From positions 1,791-65,790 of the forward strand of contig CAIKBU010000091.1 in the NCBI GenBank assembly GCA_903825765.1: DNA of 64,000 nucleotides, read 5' to 3'. Of the stretch, positions 1-8,431 are shown one piece after another. Source of the stretch: an uncultured Actinomycetes bacterium (GTDB lineage: Bacteria; Actinomycetota; Acidimicrobiia; Acidimicrobiales; RAAP-2). The position numbers and the translations under genes are program-made. Each line of letters starts with the position of its first letter. The first letter of the stretch is position 1. The notes under the pieces were generated by a model. That model did not search any database, had not been told where the DNA came from, and saw nothing but the letters and a program-made list of their open reading frames with translations.

Positions 1-1
1 T

Positions 2-301
2 GACGAGCGCGCAGCCTTGGCTGATCTGGGCGTCGCCATATACGGGGTCTCCCCCGATGGTGCGGCGTCACACCAAGCGTTCCGCGCGGCCTATGGACTC
101 ACCTTCCCACTGTTGAGCGATCCCGAAAAGGGCGTTATGGCGGCGTATGGTGCGTACGGGGAAAAACTCAACTACGGCAAAACCATTATGGGGGTGATTC
201 GTTCGACCTTCGTGATTTCACCCGACGGTGTCATCGAACACGCCTGGTACGGCATCAAGACCGAGGGTCACGCCGCCCGTGTCCGCAAGGCGCTTTCCTA
301 G
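2..301 (+). CDS. bcp: Thioredoxin-dependent peroxiredoxin (Bcp/AhpC-TSA family), C-terminal part; 5' end lies outside the window
   Basis: The frame is open from the window edge. The segment GVSPDGAASHQAFRAAYGLTFPLLSDPEKGVMAAYG is typical of Bcp peroxiredoxins. Confidence 0.7.
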   Translation, partial: DERAALADLGVAIYGVSPDGAASHQAFRAAYGLTFPLLSDPEKGVMAAYGAYGEKLNYGKTIMGVIRSTFVISPDGVIEHAWYGIKTEGHAARVRKALS

Positions 302-305
302 TCAA

Positions 306-926
306 CTAGTGCTGGTTGCGCATTGAGCGCAGGCGGTGCCAAATGAAGGCACCGACGACCAGGACGCAGATGGCGAGAATCGGCAGTTGCGCCTTGTGGA
401 AGTCATTCGACACGTTGCGCCAGTTGGCGCCCGCCGCCTTACCGAGGAATGCCAAAATGGCCGTCCAGATGAAGCAACCCACCGTGGAAAGGACGATGAA
501 CGGTCCACGCTTCATTTCGGCCAGGCCAGCGGGCAGCGAGATGACGGCACGAATGACGGGGACCATGCGACCAAGGAAGACCGAGATGGTGCCGTACTTC
601 TTGAACCAGACTTCCGAGCGGTCGAGGTCCTTGTGGCTCAACAAAATCCACTTGCCGTAGCGGTCAACAATGGTGCGTCCCGCGGTGCGACCAACTTCGT
701 AGGTCAGGATTGATCCGGCCACCGAACCGAGGGTGCCAATAATGATGACCAGCCAGATGTTGAAGGGGTGGGCGCCCCCGACGGCCACGGTGCAGAAGGC
801 CCCGGCGTACCCAAAGAGCGCCTCCGAGGGCAGTGGGATGCAGGCCGAGGTGAGCAGGGCCGTGACGAAGAGAGCAAAGTAGCCATAGTGAGCGATAATT
901 GATTGCATCCGACCATTCTCACCCAT
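306..926 (-). CDS. DedA/SNARE-associated family membrane protein
   Basis: Multi-TM protein with DedA-like LPSEALFGYAGAF and GRMVPVIRAVISLPAG segments. The ORF as listed reaches 1076 but overlaps the fpg 3' end, so an internal ATG at 926 (or 908) was chosen. Confidence 0.75.
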   Translation of the reverse strand: MGENGRMQSIIAHYGYFALFVTALLTSACIPLPSEALFGYAGAFCTVAVGGAHPFNIWLVIIIGTLGSVAGSILTYEVGRTAGRTIVDRYGKWILLSHKDLDRSEVWFKKYGTISVFLGRMVPVIRAVISLPAGLAEMKRGPFIVLSTVGCFIWTAILAFLGKAAGANWRNVSNDFHKAQLPILAICVLVVGAFIWHRLRSMRNQH

Positions 927-960
927 GGCCGCCGAATAATTGTGGCGTTTTAACGGAAAC

Positions 961-1746
961 TTAGTGTTGGTGCAGGGAGCACCAGTACGTCGTGCGGCCC
1001 CCAATGGTGGCACTGCGCATCGCTCCGCCATCGCGCGGGCAGAGACCCCCCGGGGCGCGTCCGGGCATGTGGTCACCCAGGTGCGACCCCCCTCGGCGAA
1101 GCAACGTCTTCATGGTGGTTTTGAAGGCGGTGTACAGCGCGGCCTGCTGTTCGCCCGTCAGTCGCCCGGTCGGGGTGCGGGGGTCAATCCCGGCGCGGAA
1201 CAACATTTCGTCACCGAGCAGATTGCCCACCCCCGCAACGACCGACTGGTCCAGTAGACGTGCCTTGATGGCCGGACCCTCGCCGCGATTAATTGAGACG
1301 ATGCCGTTGAACTCCGGGCGCGTCAGGGACAACGCGTCGGGGCCGAGTTCGTCGAGGGACGGATCAATTTCCACCCGGGCCAGTCGGCGAGGGTCGTGCA
1401 GGAGTAGTTGACGACCGTCGTCAAAGGCCATCCCCGCTCGAATCCAGTCGGATCGGAAGGTGTGAGGACCGTAGAACAAACCCTCGATGCCGGCGGCGGC
1501 GTCAATGAGTAATACGCCGGTCATACCGAAGCGCATGCCCAGGGGCACGCCCGACGTCTCGAGCAGCATCAACTTGCCACGACGGCCCGTGCCGGTAATC
1601 GTGAGACCTCGAACGACTTTGGCCCACTGTGCGGTACTCGTGAGCTTCTTTGCGGCGTAGGGGTCGGCCCAGGCCTTCGTAACGGTGGCGCCCACGATCT
1701 GATCGGCGAGGCGACGATAGGACTCAACTTCGAGGACTTCTGGCAC
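961..1746 (-). CDS. Formamidopyrimidine-DNA glycosylase / Nei family DNA glycosylase-AP lyase
   Basis: N-terminal (M)PEVLEVE with the catalytic Pro after a GTG start. H2TH core. C-terminal zinc finger CPRDGG...WCSLHQ. Confidence 0.85.
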   Translation of the reverse strand: MPEVLEVESYRRLADQIVGATVTKAWADPYAAKKLTSTAQWAKVVRGLTITGTGRRGKLMLLETSGVPLGMRFGMTGVLLIDAAAGIEGLFYGPHTFRSDWIRAGMAFDDGRQLLLHDPRRLARVEIDPSLDELGPDALSLTRPEFNGIVSINRGEGPAIKARLLDQSVVAGVGNLLGDEMLFRAGIDPRTPTGRLTGEQQAALYTAFKTTMKTLLRRGGSHLGDHMPGRAPGGLCPRDGGAMRSATIGGRTTYWCSLHQH

Positions 1747-1791
1747 AGGGGCACCCTAGTGGCTTTCTCCAATGAAAGGTAGGGTTGATGC

Positions 1792-2916
1792 ATGGCTCTG
1801 GAAAAACCACACTGGAAAGAACTCTTCACCGAAGTGGTGACGTCGGGATTGTGCACTGGCTGCGCCGCGTGCGTGGTGGCCTGCCCCCACGACGTTCTCG
1901 ACTACAAGTCGACCGAGGGTGCCTACAAGCCCTTCCACCTCGACATCGACGGTGGCACGGCCGATTGCACCCACGGCGAGAAGGGCTGCACGATGTGCAC
2001 CCGCGCGTGCCCGCGCTTTCGAAACTGGGAGAGCGAGATCAATCAGCACAAGTTCGCCCGTGACCGCGAGGAAGAGGAAGTCTTCGGTATCGGTGACGTC
2101 TTCTTGGCCCGCTCGAGCGACCCCTCGCTCATCGAGAACGGACAAGACGGCGGCTTCATTTCGACTCTCCTGATTTACGCTCTCGAGAACGACCGTATCG
2201 ACGCCGCTCTGGTGAGTGGCCTCGAGGGCGATGGATCGACGTGGCGCGCCGAACCGCGCGTCGCGCGAACGCGTGAGGAAGTCCTCGACACCGCCAAGTC
2301 TCGCTACACCTACAGCCCGAACTTGCTCGCCTACCCGAAGGCTATCGAGGGTGGCGCCGAGCGCATCGCGCTCGTCGGTATGGGGTGCATGGCCTCGGCC
2401 CCTGGTGCCATGCAGAGTCGCAAGGCCGGCAAGATTGCCCGTCGTCTCGGCCTCACCATTGGACTCTTGTGCTCCAAGACCTTCGACGACCGAATCTTTG
2501 AAGACTTGTTCGAGGCCAAGTACGGCCTGCTCCGCGCGGACATCATCAAGATGAACATCAAGGGTGTTTTCCAGATTTGGACGCGCGACGGTGCGTTCCA
2601 CGAGGTCCCCTTGAAGGAGGCACACCCCTTCACCCGTGACGGTTGCAACGCCTGCCCCGACTTCGCCGCCGAACACGCCGATATCTCGGCCGGTGGTATC
2701 GGCGCCTTTGGCGACTGGACGCTCGTTATCGTCCGCACCGACCAGGGCCGCGAACTCGTGTCCGCCCTCGTCGACGCGGGCCTGATCGAAACTCGTCCCG
2801 GTGACGATGACCCGGGTGCCGTTGCGCTGCTGCACAAGCTCGCTCGACTTTCGCGAAAGCGCTGGCCCGAAACGGCCACGCCCGGCCCGCAGCGCGTGCC
2901 CGTCGTTCTCTCCTAG
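1792..2916 (+). CDS. FrhB/FdhB-family protein (coenzyme F420 hydrogenase/dehydrogenase beta-subunit-like) with N-terminal 2x[4Fe-4S] ferredoxin domain
   Basis: Cys clusters CTGCAACVVACP and CTMCTRACP are followed by FrhB-like N and C domains (GMGCM..., CNACPDFAAEHADISAGG). Confidence 0.7.
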   Translation: MALEKPHWKELFTEVVTSGLCTGCAACVVACPHDVLDYKSTEGAYKPFHLDIDGGTADCTHGEKGCTMCTRACPRFRNWESEINQHKFARDREEEEVFGIGDVFLARSSDPSLIENGQDGGFISTLLIYALENDRIDAALVSGLEGDGSTWRAEPRVARTREEVLDTAKSRYTYSPNLLAYPKAIEGGAERIALVGMGCMASAPGAMQSRKAGKIARRLGLTIGLLCSKTFDDRIFEDLFEAKYGLLRADIIKMNIKGVFQIWTRDGAFHEVPLKEAHPFTRDGCNACPDFAAEHADISAGGIGAFGDWTLVIVRTDQGRELVSALVDAGLIETRPGDDDPGAVALLHKLARLSRKRWPETATPGPQRVPVVLS

Positions 2917-2924
2917 ACGTCACG

Positions 2925-3563
2925 ATGGCCAAGCCCTCCACGACCACAACAATTCTTTTCGTCCGTCACGGCGTCACCGGCTCCACTGGCAAAGTGCTCC
3001 CGGGTCGCGCTGCGGGACTCCACCTTTCCGACGAAGGAAAACGTCAGGCCTCGGTGGTGGCGGAGCGCATCGGTTCGCTGAGTGCGCACCCAACGGCGCT
3101 CTACGTATCGCCACTCGAACGGACCCGAGAGACGGCCGCACCGATTGCCAGCGCACTGGGTCTCAAGGCCCTGGTCCACAAGGGACTGCTCGAGTGTGAC
3201 TTTGGCGACTGGACGGGTCAGTCACTCGCGGCGCTGTCGAAGCTGCCGGCCTGGAAGATCGTGCAGCAGGCCCCGAGTACCTTTCGCTTCCCCAACGGTG
3301 AGTCCTTCAACGAGATGCAGCAGCGTATCTGGGCCGCTCTCGAAGACATCACCGCCAAGCACCCTGGTGAACTCGTGGTCGCCGTCTCGCACGCCGACCC
3401 CATCAAGGCCGCCGTGACGTTCGCCCAAGGCGTGCCACTCGACCTCTTTCAGCGCACCGTCATCTCGACGTGCTCGGTAAGTGCCCTGCAACTCGGTGGC
3501 GGCACGCCCCTGGTGCTCAGTGTCAATAACACCGCTACCTTGAAGGAGCTGCGCCCCTCATGA
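2925..3563 (+). CDS. Histidine-phosphatase superfamily protein, MSMEG_4193-type putative phosphomutase
   Basis: Catalytic RHG motif (ILFVRHGVTGS) and second His (VAVSHADPIKA). Sits 8 nt after the upstream gene and overlaps the next by 4 nt. Confidence 0.8.
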   Translation: MAKPSTTTTILFVRHGVTGSTGKVLPGRAAGLHLSDEGKRQASVVAERIGSLSAHPTALYVSPLERTRETAAPIASALGLKALVHKGLLECDFGDWTGQSLAALSKLPAWKIVQQAPSTFRFPNGESFNEMQQRIWAALEDITAKHPGELVVAVSHADPIKAAVTFAQGVPLDLFQRTVISTCSVSALQLGGGTPLVLSVNNTATLKELRPS

Positions 3564-4039
3564 ACTACGTGTTCAATGCCCCCGACAAAGTCATGGTCGG
3601 CACTCGTGGAGAGGTCGGTAATCGACTCTTCCTCCTGCAGTTTCGCCAAGAACGTCGTCTCCTTATTCTGAAGCTCGAAAAGATGCAGGTCACGCAGATG
3701 GCGCAGTGGCTCGGACAAGTGATCGCGTCGCTTGGACGCCCCGGCCATTTGCCCGATGACTTCACGCTCGAGCCCGAATACGAGATCGACTTCGCCGTTG
3801 GTGACATTGCTCTGGCCATCGATGAGGAAGCCGGCGTTATTGACGCGACCTTCACCGACATGAACGACGAACACGAAGCAGTGGTCACGTTGACGAAGGA
3901 ATGGGCCGGCGGGTTAGCCATTGCCATGACGCGGCTCATTGACGCGGGTCGCCCGCCCTGCCCACTCTGCGCAGGCCCACTCGACCCCCGAGGTCACGAC
4001 TGCCCGCGGACGAACGGACACCGTCCGCCCATCCGGTAG
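3560..4039 (+). CDS. DUF3090-family protein (middle member of the actinobacterial three-gene system)
   Basis: Size and position fit the family. C-terminal Cys/His knuckle CPLCAGPLDPRGHDCPRTNGH. ATGA overlap with the upstream gene. Confidence 0.7.
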   Translation: MNYVFNAPDKVMVGTRGEVGNRLFLLQFRQERRLLILKLEKMQVTQMAQWLGQVIASLGRPGHLPDDFTLEPEYEIDFAVGDIALAIDEEAGVIDATFTDMNDEHEAVVTLTKEWAGGLAIAMTRLIDAGRPPCPLCAGPLDPRGHDCPRTNGHRPPIR

Positions 4040-4041
4040 CA

Positions 4042-4755
4042 GTGAGCACCCCCCGCGAGTTCCAGCGAGAAGTCCTCACCCATGGCACCATCGAAGTCGA
4101 AGGTCGCATCATGGCGTCGTCGAATCAAGCCCTCCTCGTGACGGTAACCCACGAGGGCACCACCGCACGGGCCTGTTACAAGGCGGAAGCTGGCGAACGA
4201 CCACTGTGGGATTTTCCCGACGGACTCTGGCGCCGTGAGGTGGCCGCCGGCGTTCTCGACGACCTCCTGGGTACCGACTTGGTGCCTACGACGATTGCCC
4301 GCGATGACTTGCCGTTCGGGCCCGGTTCACTGCAGTGGTGGATTGACGACGCCACCGACGACCACTACTTCACTCTGCGTGACAAGGAGGATCTCACCGC
4401 GTGGTTTGGCGACCTCGCCCTCTTTGACGTGTTGGCTAACAACACTGATCGCAAGGCCGGTCACGTTCTCTACGATGGCGAACGCTGCTGGGCTATCGAC
4501 AACGGCCTGACCTTCCACGAGGAGGACAAGCTGCGCACCGTGATCTGGGACTACGCCGGCCTTGACCTCCCCCAAGTGTGGACGGCTCGCCTCGAACGCT
4601 TGAGTCGAGGTGAGATGGGCACCCTGGGGTACTTCCTCACGGGCGAGGAAGTCACCAGCGTGAGCGACCGCGCCGCCTCGCTGCTGGTGCTCGAGTCCTA
4701 CCCTCTCCCTGATGAAGAGGGTGACTACCCTCCCTACCCCTGGCCCCTGATTTAG
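4042..4755 (+). CDS. SCO1664-family protein, PI3/PI4-kinase-like fold
   Basis: Kinase-like catalytic-loop segment NNTDRKAGHVLY and DFG-like AIDNGLTF. GTG start 2 nt after the DUF3090 stop. Confidence 0.7.
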   Translation: MSTPREFQREVLTHGTIEVEGRIMASSNQALLVTVTHEGTTARACYKAEAGERPLWDFPDGLWRREVAAGVLDDLLGTDLVPTTIARDDLPFGPGSLQWWIDDATDDHYFTLRDKEDLTAWFGDLALFDVLANNTDRKAGHVLYDGERCWAIDNGLTFHEEDKLRTVIWDYAGLDLPQVWTARLERLSRGEMGTLGYFLTGEEVTSVSDRAASLLVLESYPLPDEEGDYPPYPWPLI

Positions 4756-6188
4756 GCGTCTTGCCCTAATTCGTTGGCGCCGGTTTCTAAGAAGAAGAAC
4801 GAGACCACTGCGCCAACGCCGAAAAATCCGGCCGCCCACCAAAAGGCGACGGCGTCGCCGTGCAAGGTGCCCCGAAGCAGCACGTCAGTCGTGCTGCCAC
4901 CGTGCGTGCGTACGTAGCGCCCCGCCGTCGTCAGGGCAATGGTGTTGAGCAGGGCGGTACCAATGGAGGCACCAATTTGTTGCGCCGTAGTGACGAGACC
5001 CGACGCCGCCCCAACGACACTCGGCGTCGTGCCGGCGGTAACGCTCGCGATCGCTGGTGCGAGAATGAGGCCTAGTCCCAGACCCACGAGTACGAGTCCC
5101 GGCATGATGGCACTGGCGTAGCTGGCGGTCGGGCTGAGGCGCGTGAAGAGCACCATTCCCATCATCGACAGCACCATGCCGACCGGCACCAGCGGGCGAG
5201 GTCCGACAGACGACAGCAGCCGTGCACTGGCCACCGTCGCGCTCACGGCCAAGGCCACGACGAGCGGGACGAAATACAGTCCGGTCCGCATTGGCGTTTC
5301 GTGCAGCACGTTTTCGAAGTAGTACGTGAGTACCAGAACGACACCGTAAATGCCCATCGAGGTCGTCAACAGTGCGACTAACGATCCGGTCCGGGTCCGG
5401 TGACGCAGCATGCGGTGGGGCACGAGTGGCACGGCGGTGTCGGCTCTCCAACGCCAGAAGATCAGCCCCACGACACCACTCCCGACGAGCGAGCCCCAGG
5501 TGCCAACGTTGGTCCACCCATTCGACACTGCGTGGGCGAATCCGAATACCAGGCCAAAGAGACTGACGCTGGTCAATAACGCCCCGATACCGTCAATGCG
5601 AACGCCATGGTCGCCCTCGTCATGGGGCACGCTCACGATGACACCGAATAAGGCCATCATGGCCACGATGGCGCTCATGCCGAGACACCACCGCCAGGTC
5701 AACCATTGGGTGAGAACGCCGCCCACGACGAGTCCGACGGCGACACCGGATCCCCCAATAGCCCCGTAGAAGGAGAAGGCCTGCGCGCGAGCCCGCGGCT
5801 CTCGAAATGTCATCGCCAGGGCCGCCAGGGCCGCGGGCGCCACCAGGGCACCGAAGATCCCTTGCGCGGCCCGTGCGGAAACCAGGGTGACGTAGTTGGT
5901 CGCCACACCACAGCCCACCGAGGCCGCGGCGAAGCCGGTCAGACCAACGATCAGCGTTCGACGATGCCCCCAGTAGTCACTGAGGCGGCCGCCAAGGAGA
6001 AGCAGGGAGCCAAAGGCGAGGGCGTAGGCGGTAACGAGCCACTGGCGATCCCCATTGGAGAAGCCGAGCGTGGCCTGCACTTTGGGCAGCGCACTGTTGA
6101 CGATGGTCACGCCAAGGCTGACGATGAGCTGGGTCAGACTGAGTGCGCCGAGGGCCACCCATCGTGCGTTCGTCGTTTTGGCGTTCAT
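4752..6188 (-). CDS. MFS transporter, 14-TMS drug:H+ antiporter (DHA2/EmrB-QacA-like)
   Basis: 478 aa, about 14 hydrophobic spans, MFS motif [12 protein letters not shown]. Confidence 0.85.
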   Translation of the reverse strand: MNAKTTNARWVALGALSLTQLIVSLGVTIVNSALPKVQATLGFSNGDRQWLVTAYALAFGSLLLLGGRLSDYWGHRRTLIVGLTGFAAASVGCGVATNYVTLVSARAAQGIFGALVAPAALAALAMTFREPRARAQAFSFYGAIGGSGVAVGLVVGGVLTQWLTWRWCLGMSAIVAMMALFGVIVSVPHDEGDHGVRIDGIGALLTSVSLFGLVFGFAHAVSNGWTNVGTWGSLVGSGVVGLIFWRWRADTAVPLVPHRMLRHRTRTGSLVALLTTSMGIYGVVLVLTYYFENVLHETPMRTGLYFVPLVVALAVSATVASARLLSSVGPRPLVPVGMVLSMMGMVLFTRLSPTASYASAIMPGLVLVGLGLGLILAPAIASVTAGTTPSVVGAASGLVTTAQQIGASIGTALLNTIALTTAGRYVRTHGGSTTDVLLRGTLHGDAVAFWWAAGFFGVGAVVSFFFLETGANELGQDA

Positions 6189-6234
6189 TGCCCTCCAGCC
6201 TAAAGAATTCTGGGCACCAGGCGAGGTTCTTGCG

Positions 6235-7197
6235 TCACGCAGTGCGCGACCGCACTAAAGCATTGAGCGCTGGAAGCACTGTGTTGACATCACCAACGAT
6301 GCCGAAGTCGGCGACACTGAAAATGGGCGCCGCGGCGTCTTTGTTGATGGCCACGATGTACTGCGCACCCTTCATACCAACCAAGTGCTGGGTTGCGCCA
6401 GAAATACCGCACGCGACGTAGAGGGTTGGCTTGACCGTCTGGCCGGTCTGACCGACCTGGTACGCGTACGGGACCCAACCCGCGTCAACGATGGCGCGAC
6501 TCGCGGCCGGTGCACCGCCGAGGAGTGTGGCCAGGGTGGCCACGTTCGCGAACGCCTCCACGCCACCGAGACCGCGACCACCGGCCACTACGACGTCGGC
6601 GTCACCGAGCGCCGGCCCCGTTCTCTCGTCAAGGTGCGACTCGGTAATCACCACTGGCGTCACTGGGGACGGAGCGGCGTCAATCCGTTCCAGCGTCACA
6701 TCGCGAGGCTCCTCGACGGCGGTGAATGACTTGGGCCGGACGACGATGAGGGCAACGCCGTCGGAGGTAATGCGGGCACTCGCAATCTTGGTGCCACCGA
6801 AAATCTGGTGCTGCGTCACCACGTCATCGTCCACCGAAAGAGCGGTGACGTTCGTGAGCACGGGCCGATCGAGTCGGGCTGACAGATGACCGGCAATATC
6901 GCGTCCGTCGTAGGAAGAGGGAAGGAGAATGACGTCGGGCGAGCGCGCCGCGCACAGTGCGGCCACTGCGGCCGCCACCGGTGCCCCAGGAACAAACCCC
7001 GTCGACACGTCGAGTTGGAGCACCGCCCGCGCGCCGTAGCGCCCCGCGCCGTCGACCAACTCGGCACTGGTGTCACCCCAGGTGACAACCGACACATCAC
7101 CGCCCTGACGGACGGCCTCGCTGATCAATTCTTTGGTTGCGTTCGTCATGCCGCTCGCGTTGGGCTCGGCGATGATCCACCACGTCAATGCACTCAT
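6235..7197 (-). CDS. etfA: Electron transfer flavoprotein alpha subunit
   Basis: C-terminal FAD-binding region [19 protein letters not shown] is typical of EtfA. Lies 8 nt downstream of etfB. Confidence 0.9.
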   Translation of the reverse strand: MSALTWWIIAEPNASGMTNATKELISEAVRQGGDVSVVTWGDTSAELVDGAGRYGARAVLQLDVSTGFVPGAPVAAAVAALCAARSPDVILLPSSYDGRDIAGHLSARLDRPVLTNVTALSVDDDVVTQHQIFGGTKIASARITSDGVALIVVRPKSFTAVEEPRDVTLERIDAAPSPVTPVVITESHLDERTGPALGDADVVVAGGRGLGGVEAFANVATLATLLGGAPAASRAIVDAGWVPYAYQVGQTGQTVKPTLYVACGISGATQHLVGMKGAQYIVAINKDAAAPIFSVADFGIVGDVNTVLPALNALVRSRTA

Positions 7198-7205
7198 ACC
7201 AACTC

Positions 7206-7973
7206 CTACAAGACCTTGATTGACACGAAATAGTCGACGAGGGCCTGGGCGGCGGTCCCGTCATCAACGAGGGTGGCACCCGACTGGCGTTGCGGTGCAT
7301 CATCCAGCGACACCACACGCTGGGCCCAAGAGCCCGCGAGCGCACTGAGGCCGAGGTCGGTGAGGGTCAGAACGTCGATTCGCTTCGACTTTGCGGCCAT
7401 AATGCCCTTAAAGTTGGCGTACCGGGGTTCCACCGCGCCGGCGGTCACCGTCACGAGGGCGGGCAACGAACTGGTGACCACGTCGTACCCCGTGTCGGTT
7501 TGGCGATCAATCGAGACATTCGAGGCAGTAACTCGTACCGCCTTCGCAAACGTCAACGCGGGCAGGGATAGGAGCTCGGCTAACTGGGCGGGCATTGTGC
7601 CGGTGTACCCATCAGACGATTCGGTGGCCGCAATGACGAGATCGGGCTGCAAGTCGTTCGTGACCGCGGCCAGGACCTTGGCCGTGGTCAAGCTGTCGGC
7701 TCCGCTGAGCGCTGGGTCGCTGACGATAATCGCCGCGTCGGCCCCCATGGCGAGGGCGCTCCGCAGTCCGGACAGGTCGGTCGCGTCGCCCATGGAGATG
7801 AGGGTCACCCGACTTTCGCCGTGGGCTTCACCGACCTGGAGCGCGAGTTCAACGCCGTACGTATCGGCCTCATCGAGGAGTACCTTGCCGCTTCGATCGA
7901 GGCGCAGGTCGGCGTTGAGCGCCGCGGGGGCGGAGGGGTCAGGAATCTGTTTTACGCAGACGACAATGTGCAC
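7206..7973 (-). CDS. etfB: Electron transfer flavoprotein beta subunit
   Basis: N-terminal MHIVVCVKQIPD and overall EtfB architecture. Confidence 0.9.
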   Translation of the reverse strand: MHIVVCVKQIPDPSAPAALNADLRLDRSGKVLLDEADTYGVELALQVGEAHGESRVTLISMGDATDLSGLRSALAMGADAAIIVSDPALSGADSLTTAKVLAAVTNDLQPDLVIAATESSDGYTGTMPAQLAELLSLPALTFAKAVRVTASNVSIDRQTDTGYDVVTSSLPALVTVTAGAVEPRYANFKGIMAAKSKRIDVLTLTDLGLSALAGSWAQRVVSLDDAPQRQSGATLVDDGTAAQALVDYFVSIKVL

Positions 7974-8011
7974 CGACTCAATCTAGGGCTCGACAATCGC
8001 TATCACTGACA

Positions 8012-8031
8012 TTGATGTAGTTCAACATCAA
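8012..8031. promoter_or_regulatory. Perfect 7-N6-7 palindrome TTGATGT-AGTTCA-ACATCAA; candidate CRP/FNR-type operator in the etfB/whiB divergent region
   Basis: Read directly. The arms are exact reverse complements. Lies in a locally AT-rich spacer just upstream of a canonical promoter. Confidence 0.35.
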
Positions 8032-8039
8032 AAGTCCTC

Positions 8040-8068
8040 TTGATATTGAACGCGCCATTGTTTAGAAT
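8040..8068 (+). promoter_or_regulatory. Sigma-70/SigA-like promoter for whiB: -35 TTGATA, 17-nt spacer, -10 TAGAAT
   Basis: Both hexamers are near consensus with optimal spacing, about 70 nt upstream of the whiB start. Confidence 0.45.
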
Positions 8069-8137
8069 ATTTTTCCTGCCACTGGGTCATATGACTGTTC
8101 GTTGTATGAAAAATTTTCATTCTGAAGGACCTTGTTT

Positions 8138-8431
8138 ATGTCACTTATGTGGAACCGTACCCATGCCTGGGACGACTCCGACTGGCGCTCAGTGGCAGCC
8201 TGTCGCGACACCGAACCAGAGCTTTTCTTCCCAGTTGGCACAACTGGCATGGCGACGGACCAAATTGAGTCCGCCAAGCGCGTCTGCACCACCTGCGACG
8301 CCAAGAAGGCCTGCCTCGAATTCGCTCTGGCTACCAACCAGGAATCGGGCGTTTGGGGTGGTACGACCGAAGATGAGCGTCGCAAGCTGCGCAAGCAGTG
8401 GCTCGCCGCTCGCCGTCGCTCGCAGCTCTAA
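8138..8431 (+). CDS. whiB: WhiB-family redox-sensing transcription factor (WhiB1-like by synteny with pdtaS)
   Basis: Four Cys (AACRD...VCTTCDAKKAC), the GVWGG turn and a basic tail. ATG at 8138 is preceded by GAAGGA; the ORF could also start at 8132 (TTG). Confidence 0.9.
   Translation: MSLMWNRTHAWDDSDWRSVAACRDTEPELFFPVGTTGMATDQIESAKRVCTTCDAKKACLEFALATNQESGVWGGTTEDERRKLRKQWLAARRRSQL

Noticed and set aside
1756-2835. 359-aa minus-strand ORF
   Set aside because: It lies antisense to the FrhB-like gene, which has clear Fe-S motifs. The product is low-complexity and rich in Ala, Gly, Arg and Val, typical of shadow ORFs in high-GC DNA.
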